DNA of 64,000 nt, taken from assembly GCA_038045265.1 (NCBI GenBank), contig JBBSYL010000010.1, forward strand, positions 582 through 64,581, read 5' to 3'. Within the stretch, counting starts at the first letter, position 1. The number at the start of each line of letters is the position of its first letter. The notes under the pieces were generated by a model that did no database searches, was not told the origin of the DNA, and was given only the letters and a program-made list of their open reading frames with translations. This document shows, piece by piece, positions 48,318 to 58,160 of the stretch. A program made the position numbers and the translations under genes. The DNA comes from Nanobdellota archaeon. Lineage in GTDB: Archaea; Nanobdellota; Nanobdellia; Pacearchaeales; GW2011-AR1.

Positions 48318-48721
48318 ATAAAAGAGGACTGCTTAGAATAATTGAAGTCATGATAGCCTCCCTTATAATTATCTCTTCTGTGCTTATCGTAGTTACAAAT
48401 AGAGACATAGGAAAAAGAGAAAATTTATGCTCTGAAATTCCAAATCTCTTAGAAGAGCTAGGTAAAAACAGAGATATAAGAGAGCAGATATTAACTGACG
48501 ACGCAAGCGGAGCTAATAGCTTCCTAAGAGAGAGGATAAATAATCCTGCCTACTTATTTGAATTTAAGATATGCGAAGTTGATGATATTTGTACTAGCAA
48601 TCAAGTAACTGCACAAGATTCAAATGTATGCGCTGGAGAGAGGATTATAAGTGCAAATGCCCAACAACAAAGTGGGTTTAATCCCAAGAAAGTAAAATTA
48701 TTTCTCTTTAAATACGGATAA
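48311..48721 (+). CDS. type IV pilin-like protein
   Basis: MVNKRGLLRIIEVMIASLIIISSVLIVV. Confidence 0.55.
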   Translation: MVNKRGLLRIIEVMIASLIIISSVLIVVTNRDIGKRENLCSEIPNLLEELGKNRDIREQILTDDASGANSFLRERINNPAYLFEFKICEVDDICTSNQVTAQDSNVCAGERIISANAQQQSGFNPKKVKLFLFKYG

Positions 48722-48753
48722 ATACTAACAATCTTTATAAAGTTCTTTAGTGT

Positions 48754-51700
48754 TTGAGAGATATGAAAAAGGCGAAGAGATTAATTAGATATTTTATTGT
48801 TATTATTGCTATTTTTTCTTTCTTATTTTCTATTAATTTTGTTGGTGCAGTTACTGCTGGAGATATATTAATTGTTGGGTATTCTGGAGGTTCAGGGCAA
48901 ATTGAGGGACTTACAAAAGTTGTGGATGGACAATATACTTATACTGTTCCTGCTGGAGTTACTCAAATTAAGGTTCAGCTCTGGGGGGCGGGCGGTGGAG
49001 GAGGGGCGGGAGGAACTGGGAGCTTAGGAAGTAGTGGAAATCTTGAGGGCGGAGGTGGAGGCGCATATGGCGAAGTTATTTTAGATGTTTCTAGTTCACA
49101 AACATATAATGTAGCTGTTGGAGCTGGAGGGAATGGTGTAGGATATAACTTACAAACTCCCCCTACTTCAGGAGGCAATTCTGTTTTTGGAACATATTAT
49201 GCAAATGGTGGGAGTGCTGGCGCTGTTATACCTAATGGTTGGAATTCGCATCCCGGAGGAACCGGAAGCGGAGGAACATTCAATACTCCTATTGGAACGA
49301 ATGGGGGGAGTGGTGGCTCGATAGGGGCGGTAAATGGTTGTGGTAGTGGAGGAGCAGGAGGCGTAGCTCCTGGAGGGAATGGAGCTCAAGCTGGCCCAAG
49401 TGCGGGGGCTGGTGGAGGAGCTTCTGGAGGAGGTGCGGAATATGCAGGGAATGGGGGAGCGGGAGGCAATTGCGTACTCGCACAAAGTGGTCAGAACATC
49501 CCAGGAGGGAATGGATTTTTGTATGGAGGTGGAGGAGGAAGTAGTGGAGTGACTACTCTTGCTGTAGGAAATGGAGGGAAGGGTGCAGAAGGACAGGTGA
49601 AAATAACTTATCTTTCTGTTGGGAGCCAAGGAAGTCAAACAGTTCAACCTACTTCCGGTTTGTGCGTACCTAATCAAACAATTATTTCATTATATCAAGA
49701 AAGCAATTCTCATGGAGCGATTTATAACCAAACATTCAATGATGTAAATGCTGGAATTGGTGTATGTTATGATAAAATTTTTGGATTCAATTATACTGGA
49801 GATACAAATCCTCAAAGATGTGGAGCCGAGAATGCAAATTCTGTTGTTAAAGTGATTAGCAAGAATAATGCACATGTAGAAGATAAATCTTTGAATAATT
49901 ATCCATATAGTTTATGCTATGGTGATTTGAATTGTAAACTTGAAGATAAAACATACACCCCATCTGCAAATGAGAGAGCAGTACTTTACTTATCATCCAA
50001 TACAAACGCACATGTATCTAGCACGGCAGGATATGATTTTATTGTTTATTGCACAAGCAACAATGGGCCTGTGCCTGGAACTGGAGAAATTATTTCTGCA
50101 GAATGGAAAGATGAATTTGAAAATAATTTGGCAGTGGATGAAAATGGAAATAATAAAAGCAATGTAAATTCTACCGTAAAATTAGTTGCTAAAACTACTT
50201 TTATAAATACTGAAATTACATTTGATATAAAAGAAGAAGATACTGGCTTACCTGATGCAAATATAAGAACTGGAGCAATAGCATTGAAAGCGACTACAAA
50301 TGGTGAGGGAATTGCTTCTATAAGCTGGCTCATAAATGACACTGACATGACTAAAGCAGGAGTAGGGCCTGCAGAATTTTATTTCACTGCAAGCGTGTTT
50401 GAAGAGAGTAAACAGAGCGGTATTTTGCTGACAAGCAAAACTCCTACGCCTCCTGAAAAAGAAATTGAAATTGAGATAGCTGGAATAAAAGATAAGGGGT
50501 TGTACTTTACAGGAGTGCCTGTTGAGATAAGTTATGTGCTTAGAAAGCCTAGTCAGGGAAGAGGATTAGAGTTAACCTGGAAAATAATTGAAGACAATTA
50601 TGAAAGTGATGATTTGACTTTCGATTATACTTTCCAAAATCCTGGGCAGAAGACAATTCATCTTACTGCAACAAATTCTTTTGGAGGAAGAGCAGAAAGG
50701 CAGGTAAGTGTCCTTGCAATAGGAGATAATGGTATATTTGCATTTATAGATAATCCGAGATTTAATGAAGTTTTGCCTGTAAGCAGTGACAATGTAAGAG
50801 TATTATATAATGCAAGCGGGAGCTACGTCGTAAATAGTACATATGATAAAACTCAATGTTTAGACATTTTGGCAAGAGGAAGATTAGTCTGTCTTGCCGG
50901 AAGATGCCCTAACGCTGTTGGAAACCCTCCAGCTGGATGCAGTGCACTAGTTGAAGAGAATAATAAAGGATATGAAAATCTTAATTTCACTTGGACAAGA
51001 TATGGAAAAAGTTCAATAAATACCTTTTCAAGATTTGGTTTGAAGCAGGATTACACCATATTTGGAAACAGCGAGTATTCTAATAAATTAAATGACAGAG
51101 CGTTTAAACTTGTCCTTAATTATACCAACGAGAGTGAAGATTTAAGTCTTCAACAGGAATTTATGAGAAATTATACTATTGGGCAATGCATCAATGATGG
51201 AAGGGGATTTGTTAAAATAGATAGTAAAGGAAATGTACTGAAAGTATTGGAAACAACTAACAAGAATAGTGGGGATTTTGACCCTAATGCGTGCAGGGCA
51301 GTTAGTGGAATAGTCTGCTGTCCAACAGGACATTTATGTGGAGCAAATGGATGTTATATTCCTGCTTCTACACCAGATATAGTAGAAGACTTGCCTGGAT
51401 GCTCAAGATATAGAACAGAACTGGCGTGTCTTGACGCTGTAGAAACAACTAATGCCTGCAGTGATGGAGGTTTGACTGCCGCTACCTCATGTCAATGGGT
51501 TGAGCAAACAGGAGGAAGTGGAGAATGCAAGGAGTATACTAGTATAATTGAGACGAGCAATGGGGCGGTGGCAGGAACATGCGTACAAGGCGTGAGAAAT
51601 CTTACCTCATGTGTTAATGGATTCAATAAGATAAAAATAGACACCACGTATACTGGAGGAAGTAATCCTGCAAATAGTTGTTTAAGTGAGGATGACTGCA

Positions 51701-51855
51701 AGAATAAAGCTGGAGAATTTACAGTACCATGTGGAAGGCCTGCGTTTGAATTGCCTTTCTTTGGAATAGAGCAACTATTAAGTGCACTTCTGATAATAGC
51801 TATAATCTATTCAATTTTAATTAAGACTAGATATATACCTAAAAAGAGAAAATAA
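48754..51855 (+). CDS. giant (1033 aa) cell-surface protein with ~300-aa glycine-rich domain, Cys-rich modules and C-terminal TM anchor
   Basis: N-terminal hydrophobic segment. VQLWGAGGGGGAGG...GGGGGAYGE poly-Gly blocks. Many paired Cys. C-terminal LLSALLIIAIIYSILIKTRYIPKKRK. Confidence 0.6.
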   Translation: MRDMKKAKRLIRYFIVIIAIFSFLFSINFVGAVTAGDILIVGYSGGSGQIEGLTKVVDGQYTYTVPAGVTQIKVQLWGAGGGGGAGGTGSLGSSGNLEGGGGGAYGEVILDVSSSQTYNVAVGAGGNGVGYNLQTPPTSGGNSVFGTYYANGGSAGAVIPNGWNSHPGGTGSGGTFNTPIGTNGGSGGSIGAVNGCGSGGAGGVAPGGNGAQAGPSAGAGGGASGGGAEYAGNGGAGGNCVLAQSGQNIPGGNGFLYGGGGGSSGVTTLAVGNGGKGAEGQVKITYLSVGSQGSQTVQPTSGLCVPNQTIISLYQESNSHGAIYNQTFNDVNAGIGVCYDKIFGFNYTGDTNPQRCGAENANSVVKVISKNNAHVEDKSLNNYPYSLCYGDLNCKLEDKTYTPSANERAVLYLSSNTNAHVSSTAGYDFIVYCTSNNGPVPGTGEIISAEWKDEFENNLAVDENGNNKSNVNSTVKLVAKTTFINTEITFDIKEEDTGLPDANIRTGAIALKATTNGEGIASISWLINDTDMTKAGVGPAEFYFTASVFEESKQSGILLTSKTPTPPEKEIEIEIAGIKDKGLYFTGVPVEISYVLRKPSQGRGLELTWKIIEDNYESDDLTFDYTFQNPGQKTIHLTATNSFGGRAERQVSVLAIGDNGIFAFIDNPRFNEVLPVSSDNVRVLYNASGSYVVNSTYDKTQCLDILARGRLVCLAGRCPNAVGNPPAGCSALVEENNKGYENLNFTWTRYGKSSINTFSRFGLKQDYTIFGNSEYSNKLNDRAFKLVLNYTNESEDLSLQQEFMRNYTIGQCINDGRGFVKIDSKGNVLKVLETTNKNSGDFDPNACRAVSGIVCCPTGHLCGANGCYIPASTPDIVEDLPGCSRYRTELACLDAVETTNACSDGGLTAATSCQWVEQTGGSGECKEYTSIIETSNGAVAGTCVQGVRNLTSCVNGFNKIKIDTTYTGGSNPANSCLSEDDCKNKAGEFTVPCGRPAFELPFFGIEQLLSALLIIAIIYSILIKTRYIPKKRK

Positions 51856-51898
51856 AATCGGGCGGTATATTTTTAAAATACCTTTCACTTGGGAATGT

Positions 51899-54571
51899 AT
51901 GAGAAGAGGTTTGATTTTGTTGTCCCTTGTAATTGTGGCGATATTATTGATAAGCCCCGCATTAGCTAATGTAAAGATTCAGTCTGAAAATCTTAAAAGA
52001 TTATACTCTGGAGGAGATACCATCACAGGTATAATCAAAGTGAACATTACAAATGAGCCTGCAAACAATCAGGTTGTAACTAATTTTAAGGGGAATATAA
52101 CTTTAATAGAGCTCATAAGAGCAAATAATCTTGCTGAAGGAATCAATTATAATTGTAGTATCTATGGATGCAATGCAGGTTATGAAGACGAGGGGAGTGT
52201 CAATACACTCTCTGTTGATTCTTCTTCTGCTGAATTTGTAGGCTTCAAACTTAATAGAGCAGATAGAATTGATAGTTTAGATGTGGTAATTTCAAGCGAC
52301 TCTGGCCCTTCGTGTTCCCCCCAGTTAAGTATTGATGTACTTGGAAAAGAAGAGTATAGATTACATAATACTAATTACACGAGTGAGAGGTGCGGTTCTA
52401 AGAATTACGGATGCTTTGATCTTTCAAGAGCAGACAAAAAAGTTGAAATAGGCTCTGAGGGAGTATGTGAGCAAATGGAATTGTGGCCAGCTCCAGCTTA
52501 TGAGATCAGTGCAAAAATTACAAACAGCACAGGCACTACTGGAATAATAAAAGCTGAACTACTTGATGAGCAAGGAGGAGTTTATGGGGCTGTTGGAGAG
52601 TGTGAAATGCCTCTACAAAAAGAAAGCGTTGAAGAACTAAAATGTACAATAGGCAATCCAATCATGGAGCGAAAAAATTATACAGTATGTATTTCAGCAA
52701 GCGGAGGAAACTATAAGATAAATGCTGAAGACTCTGGAAGAATATGCGGTTCTGCTAGGACAAATCTAGGATTTGGATTCAGCTTTGATTATGAAGTATC
52801 TGCACAGGCATTAGAATATGATGAAGTAAATTTTTCCTTAAACGATGCGTTCGGAAGAGCTTATGGCGGGCTGGAGATTGGGCAAATTGCAGACGATTAT
52901 TTGAATGAAATCTATGGAGGAAATTGTTCTGATGGATGTTATATTCCTCTTTTAATAACAAGCAACTTGGACCAAAATATAGACTTTTCAAGACCTAAAG
53001 CTGAGTACTTTTTCCAAGGCAACAAATTAAGTGAAGAGACATTTTATTCTCTTGAAAAGAAAGATGCTGTAATAAATGCAAAAAATATGGAGCTCGATTT
53101 GGAAAAGGCCGAATTTACAATACCTCTTAACTCAAGTGAAAATAAATTAAGAATATTTGTTGGGGGAAGCAAGATCTATAATGATATAGCAATAAACATA
53201 ACTAAGGGTTTTGATTTTGACATAATCCCTAAGTTTGCTTTGATAGGCATACAAACTGAATATTCTATTCTTACAAATGACAATATAAGTAAAACAGAAT
53301 GGAAGTTTGGAAATTCTGCTGTAAAACAAAGCAATGGAAAAAGCATTACAAATAGAATAGATGAAGGGGGTGAATATACTCTTGAAGTAAAGGCGACAAA
53401 TACTCGCGGAGCTGTAAGTATTAAAAACATTAAAGTAATTGTTGGGGATCCTGAGGAATCTTTAAAACAATTGATAAATCAATCAGAAACAGGAATAAAA
53501 AAGATAGAAGAATATCTAAATACGCTTCCTCAATGGGCAAAGAGCAAGATATCTGAAAAAATTGAACTTGAAAAACTAAAAAGCGAAGTGATTACCGTGA
53601 AAAATGTTGACAATGCAGGAGATGAAAACAAGACTATTGCATTAATAGATAGAATTAGCGCTTTAAATATTCCAATTTCCATAAAAGAATCTGATAAGGG
53701 TAGTTTGCCATTAGCTTTAGGATTCTCAAATATAAATACAAAATATATAGAAAAAATCTCTGCCTCTGAAATATCTGATGCACAGAGAGAAGAATTTACT
53801 AATAATCTCCTTTTCTGGATAGATGAAAATTATGCTCCCTTAGTAGAGTTTAAAGTTATAGAAAAAAATACTGCCTCCGGGCCGGAACCATTAGTTACAC
53901 AAATTTCAGTTACTCTGAATAAGAAGAAAGAAGAGCTAAGTGAGTCTTATTTGATTATAGATTATCCAATTGAAAATATTTATTTTGCTGAAGATTATGG
54001 TGCTATCGAAATAGTATCTGACGAAACAAGCACAGGCACTTACATTCTTGCAAATGAGGAAAATAAAATAGAGTTTATGGTAAGTGGAAAAGTTGAATTC
54101 TCTGAGCTCGGAATGTATATCTCTCCAGTTGTTAGCGATATTGGGAGTTATGCAAATATTGATTTTGAAAAAAAGCAATTCCCTGCTGGTCTTTTAACCT
54201 TCTGGGTTGCTATATTAATTATATGTGCGCTTGTTGTTTATATAATACTTCAAGAATGGTATAAGAGGCATTATGAAAATTACCTCTTTAGAAATAAAGA
54301 TGATCTATATAATTTGATGAATTTTATATATAATACTAGAAAAGGAAGCATAACTGAACAGGAGATGAAGAAAAAGCTTCTAAGCAATGGGTGGAGTGGA
54401 GAACAGATCTCATATACTGCCAAGAAACTTGATGGGAAAAGAACAGGGATGTTTGAAATACCTATTTTCAGGTTCTTTGAACAGAAAAAAATAAAAGAAG
54501 AAATGGAAAAGAGACAGAATATAGGAAATAGAAGCGGAAGATTTATTAAAAGACCGAATTTAGGTGTATAA
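51899..54571 (+). CDS. large (890 aa) surface protein with RRG-type N-terminus, Ig/PKD-like repeats, C-terminal TM and ~110-aa cytoplasmic tail
   Basis: MRRGLILLSLVIVAILLISPALA. C-terminal TM WVAILIICALVVYIIL followed by a charged tail. Stop overlaps the GTPase start. Confidence 0.6.
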   Translation: MRRGLILLSLVIVAILLISPALANVKIQSENLKRLYSGGDTITGIIKVNITNEPANNQVVTNFKGNITLIELIRANNLAEGINYNCSIYGCNAGYEDEGSVNTLSVDSSSAEFVGFKLNRADRIDSLDVVISSDSGPSCSPQLSIDVLGKEEYRLHNTNYTSERCGSKNYGCFDLSRADKKVEIGSEGVCEQMELWPAPAYEISAKITNSTGTTGIIKAELLDEQGGVYGAVGECEMPLQKESVEELKCTIGNPIMERKNYTVCISASGGNYKINAEDSGRICGSARTNLGFGFSFDYEVSAQALEYDEVNFSLNDAFGRAYGGLEIGQIADDYLNEIYGGNCSDGCYIPLLITSNLDQNIDFSRPKAEYFFQGNKLSEETFYSLEKKDAVINAKNMELDLEKAEFTIPLNSSENKLRIFVGGSKIYNDIAINITKGFDFDIIPKFALIGIQTEYSILTNDNISKTEWKFGNSAVKQSNGKSITNRIDEGGEYTLEVKATNTRGAVSIKNIKVIVGDPEESLKQLINQSETGIKKIEEYLNTLPQWAKSKISEKIELEKLKSEVITVKNVDNAGDENKTIALIDRISALNIPISIKESDKGSLPLALGFSNINTKYIEKISASEISDAQREEFTNNLLFWIDENYAPLVEFKVIEKNTASGPEPLVTQISVTLNKKKEELSESYLIIDYPIENIYFAEDYGAIEIVSDETSTGTYILANEENKIEFMVSGKVEFSELGMYISPVVSDIGSYANIDFEKKQFPAGLLTFWVAILIICALVVYIILQEWYKRHYENYLFRNKDDLYNLMNFIYNTRKGSITEQEMKKKLLSNGWSGEQISYTAKKLDGKRTGMFEIPIFRFFEQKKIKEEMEKRQNIGNRSGRFIKRPNLGV

Positions 54572-55209
54572 TGTTAAGGATTATAAAAAAGTTTTCTAAA
54601 AGAATACTTGCAACTCTTTTTGGAAGAAAAGATAACATAAAAATAGGTTTTTATGGTCCTCCTAATGCTGGGAAGACTAGTTTAGCAAATAAAATATGTA
54701 AAGACTGGACTGGGGAAGAGATAGGAGTAGTAAGTAAAATACCTCACGAGACAAGGCATGTGCAGTTTAAGGAAAAAGTAGAGATAAAACATAAGGGGAA
54801 AGTGCTTATGTTCAAAATGGTCGATACTCCTGGAATAGCCACTAAGATAGACTATGAGGAATTTATAAAATTCGGAGTTAAGAAGAAAGATGCTAAGAAA
54901 AGAGCTAAGGAAGCAACTCAGGGAATTATAGAGTCAATACAGTGGCTTGATGATATGGATGCAGTTATAGTAGTTATTGATGCTTCTGAAAATCCTTACT
55001 CGCAAGTGAATATTACAATAATAGGAAATCTTGTTGCAAGAAAAATTCCTCTCCTGATAGTTGCAAATAAAATAGATTTGAAGAAAGCGAATATGAAGAA
55101 AGTTGAAAATGCATTTCCAGAATATGAGGTTGTGGGAATAAGTGCAAAAGAAGGAATTAACATGGATGATTTTTACGAAGCCTTATTCAGGCTGGCAAAA
55201 AAAGCATAA
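54571..55209 (+). CDS. small Ras-like GTPase
   Basis: G1 GPPNAGKTS, G3 DTPG, G4 ANKID. Confidence 0.75.
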   Translation: MLRIIKKFSKRILATLFGRKDNIKIGFYGPPNAGKTSLANKICKDWTGEEIGVVSKIPHETRHVQFKEKVEIKHKGKVLMFKMVDTPGIATKIDYEEFIKFGVKKKDAKKRAKEATQGIIESIQWLDDMDAVIVVIDASENPYSQVNITIIGNLVARKIPLLIVANKIDLKKANMKKVENAFPEYEVVGISAKEGINMDDFYEALFRLAKKA

Positions 55210-55210
55210 A

Positions 55211-55603
55211 ATGATAAAAAAGAGCAAGTTTAAAGGATTAAGCCTGCATGTAATACCCTATTCTGAAATTCGAGACTTGAGTATAGGGGAGAGAGTGAAG
55301 AAAGTTTTGAAACTTATTTTGGGGAGCAGAATAGTTATAATTCAAGGAAGATTAAGGCCAGAAGAAGAAGCAAGATTGATAGAGGATACTATGGCTATGG
55401 TCGAACATATTAAAAATTTTAAAGGAATAGAATTGGCAGTCATAGAACCTAATATGAAAGAGGAAAATTTACTTATAAGAATGAAGCATGGACTTGCTAA
55501 GAGGCTTGTTGGAGAAAGTAGCGCCCTTACAATAATAGGCCCTAGCTCTCTAGTCAAAGAAATAAAGAAAGATCCAAAAAAAATGGAAGTATTACTTGGT
55601 TAA
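55211..55603 (+). CDS. DUF2073-like protein (GTPase partner)
   Basis: Start adjusted to the ATG just after the GTPase stop. Family assignment is from recollection of the conserved archaeal GTPase/DUF2073/Zn-ribbon trio. Confidence 0.35.
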   Translation: MIKKSKFKGLSLHVIPYSEIRDLSIGERVKKVLKLILGSRIVIIQGRLRPEEEARLIEDTMAMVEHIKNFKGIELAVIEPNMKEENLLIRMKHGLAKRLVGESSALTIIGPSSLVKEIKKDPKKMEVLLG

Positions 55604-56167
55604 TTAACTTCCATTTTTGTGTAAAGGAAAATCTTTTGTTTCTATCTGAAAGTTATCATTTTTATGAATTTTAAATATTACTTTAAAATCTTCAGATTTG
55701 CTTATCTTTGTAAAAAGATAAAGTATTTTAGTGATACATGCCATGGAAAATTTTGAATAAGGCTTTGAATCTAGCTCATCCTTAATCTTTTTTATCTCTT
55801 CTGAAAAACCCTCCTCCCAATTTATTATAGCTTTATTCATTACTCCGATAAGATAATTCTCATCTAGATCTAATTTATGAGCTAACTCGTCTCGGACATC
55901 GTTTAAAGCCTTTAGTGTTTTAAATTCTGTATCACTAATTAAACTTTGTTCTTCTAGATATTTTAATCTGTTCATATGCTCTTTAAATTTTTTATTTTTT
56001 GAATATCCGTAATTAATATTAAATAATTTTAAGGAAATATACTCAGCATAAATTGCTAATAAAAGAATTACTTCTCTCCCAAAGTAAGATAAATTTAGTG
56101 TATTTATATCAGCGATTAGGCTATGAATCTTGTGTAGATCTGTCTCTTCTTCCATATAAAAAGACAA
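55604..56167 (-). CDS. hypothetical helical protein with R-x4-H motif (possible HEPN-like)
   Basis: 187 aa. RDELAH seen mid-protein. Opposite strand, inserted between the DUF2073-like and Zn-ribbon genes. Confidence 0.35.
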   Translation of the reverse strand: MSFYMEEETDLHKIHSLIADINTLNLSYFGREVILLLAIYAEYISLKLFNINYGYSKNKKFKEHMNRLKYLEEQSLISDTEFKTLKALNDVRDELAHKLDLDENYLIGVMNKAIINWEEGFSEEIKKIKDELDSKPYSKFSMACITKILYLFTKISKSEDFKVIFKIHKNDNFQIETKDFPLHKNGS

Positions 56168-56206
56168 TAATTAGCTTATATAAATCTTTATTAACCTTTT
56201 AACTTA

Positions 56207-56587
56207 TTGAAGTTTATGCCCTATAGATGTGTTCATTGCAATAAAATTTTTGAAGATGGCTCTGATGAGGTGCTTAATGGATGTTCTAGTTGTCACAGCA
56301 AGTTTTTCTTTTATATAAAAAAGGAAAAGCTACCCGAAATACTTAAGAGTGGTATTGCGGAGATGGAACTTAGCTCGAATGAAAAGGATCAAATAGAAAA
56401 GGATGTAAGAGAAATCACAGGCATAGAAAATGAAGAAACCCCAGTATTTCTTGACTTTGAAAGTGTTAAAATAGTTAAGCCTGGAAAGTACTTGATAGAC
56501 ATATCTAAGCTTTTCTCTTTTGATAAACCTCGAGTGTATAAGCTAGAAGATGGAAAGTATATTGTAGATTTAAATGTGGGAAATTAA
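56207..56587 (+). CDS. Zn-ribbon protein (DUF2072-like)
   Basis: N-terminal CVHCNK...CSSCHSKF Cys4 ribbon. 126 aa. Confidence 0.5.
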   Translation: MKFMPYRCVHCNKIFEDGSDEVLNGCSSCHSKFFFYIKKEKLPEILKSGIAEMELSSNEKDQIEKDVREITGIENEETPVFLDFESVKIVKPGKYLIDISKLFSFDKPRVYKLEDGKYIVDLNVGN

Positions 56588-56626
56588 TAAGGAATAGTTT
56601 AAAAGTAATTTATTCTTATAAGAAGC

Positions 56627-57847
56627 ATGGGCGAGAAAGAGTTTAAGGTCTTGAATGCTAAAGTAAAAACTATGGTAGCCTTATTAAAGGATGCTATAAG
56701 GAAAGAAAAAATTAAGGCAGACCTATTTATTGGGGGGAGCTTTGCTAAAGGCACATTGCTGGAAAAGGAGAAATATGATGTGGATCTATATGTAAGATTT
56801 GAGAAGAAAAGTAAAAATATATCTTCTTCTTTAAGCAAAATAGTAAAAAGAGCATTTGGAAAGAGGGCAATTAAGATACACGGAAGCAGGGATTATTTTC
56901 AGATAAATGTTGGTGAAAATCTTGTAATTGAAATAATACCAGTTCTGAAAATAAGAAATCCAAAAGAAGCAGAAAACGTCACAGATTTAAGTTATTTTCA
57001 TGTTAATTATGTGAAAAACAAAATAAATGAAAAATTAAGGCGGGAAATTCTATTAGCGAAAAAATTCTGCCATGCGCAAAATGTGTATGGGGCAGAATCA
57101 TACGTAAGAGGATTTTCTGGATACGCATTAGAATGTTTAATAATTTATTATAAATCCTTTGAAAAAATGTTGAAAGAACTTTTAAAAGTAGAAGAAAAAG
57201 TTATTATTGATCCCGCGAAGCATTATAAGAAAAAAGAGGAGATATTAAGAGAATTAAACGGAGGGAAATTGAAAAGCCCTGTTGTCTTTATAGACCCCAC
57301 ATTTAAGGAAAGGAACGTTTTAGGCGCATTATCTGTAGAGACATTTGAGAAATTTAAAGAAGCGGGGAGAAAATATCTAAAAAACAAAAATGAAAAATTC
57401 TTTAAAAAAGAAGAAATAAATTATGAAAAATTAAAGGAAAAATTAAAAGAAAGAGAAGAGTTTGTGAAAATAAGATTGACAACAAACAAGCAGGAAGGAG
57501 ATATTGCAGGAAGCAAACTGCTTAAGGGATTTAATTATGTGAAAAATTCTTTAGGAAAGTATTTTGATGTTCTTAATTCTGGGTTTGAATATAAATCGGG
57601 AAACAATGGAGAAGGATGGATAATCGTTAAACCGAAAAACGAGATAATAATTAGAGGTCCTCCGATATCAATGAAGAAACATGCTGAAAAGTTTAAGAAA
57701 ATGCATAAAAACTTCTATGAAGAAGAAGGAACCTTATATTCTGAATTTGAAATGCTTCAGACAGCAAGACAATTCCTAAAAGAATTTTCAAAGAAAAATA
57801 AGAAACAATTAACAGAGATGGATATAATTAATGTTGAAGTAAATTAA
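56627..57847 (+). CDS. cca: CCA-adding tRNA nucleotidyltransferase (archaeal class I)
   Basis: GGSFAKGTLLEKEKYDVDLYV (G[SG]xAKGTxL...DxD). 406 aa. Confidence 0.8.
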   Translation: MGEKEFKVLNAKVKTMVALLKDAIRKEKIKADLFIGGSFAKGTLLEKEKYDVDLYVRFEKKSKNISSSLSKIVKRAFGKRAIKIHGSRDYFQINVGENLVIEIIPVLKIRNPKEAENVTDLSYFHVNYVKNKINEKLRREILLAKKFCHAQNVYGAESYVRGFSGYALECLIIYYKSFEKMLKELLKVEEKVIIDPAKHYKKKEEILRELNGGKLKSPVVFIDPTFKERNVLGALSVETFEKFKEAGRKYLKNKNEKFFKKEEINYEKLKEKLKEREEFVKIRLTTNKQEGDIAGSKLLKGFNYVKNSLGKYFDVLNSGFEYKSGNNGEGWIIVKPKNEIIIRGPPISMKKHAEKFKKMHKNFYEEEGTLYSEFEMLQTARQFLKEFSKKNKKQLTEMDIINVEVN

Positions 57848-58160
57848 AATTATGCCTAAGTTTATCTCTTTCTCTTTCATTAGCAATTTTATTCAAGGAG
57901 TTCAAAAGACCTAATAAACCTACTAGGCCTGTAATTCCAAACTCTGCTGATGTATGATAAATATCTTCATTCGCCCTATAATGTGCTTCACAATTATTAA
58001 TACTGCCTGATCTTCTGCATTCCATACTATGCGCCATTCTATTGGCAAATATCTGTTTATCACCATACCACCTAGATAATCCGCTCACATGCGATAAAAT
58101 AGGTAAAGCTAATGTGGCTATTGCAATTCCAGCATATTTTTTTATATTTTTCATCTTCAA
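57828..58160 (-). CDS. small hypothetical membrane protein
   Basis: 110 aa, two hydrophobic segments. Convergent 20-bp overlap with cca. Confidence 0.3.
   Translation of the reverse strand: MKMKNIKKYAGIAIATLALPILSHVSGLSRWYGDKQIFANRMAHSMECRRSGSINNCEAHYRANEDIYHTSAEFGITGLVGLLGLLNSLNKIANERERDKLRHNFNLLQH

Noticed and set aside
49168-49677. Minus-strand Ser/Pro-rich 169-aa ORF and neighbouring Pro-rich ORFs
   Set aside because: Antisense of the glycine-rich domain (GGN codons give NCC, hence Pro/Ser). Spurious.
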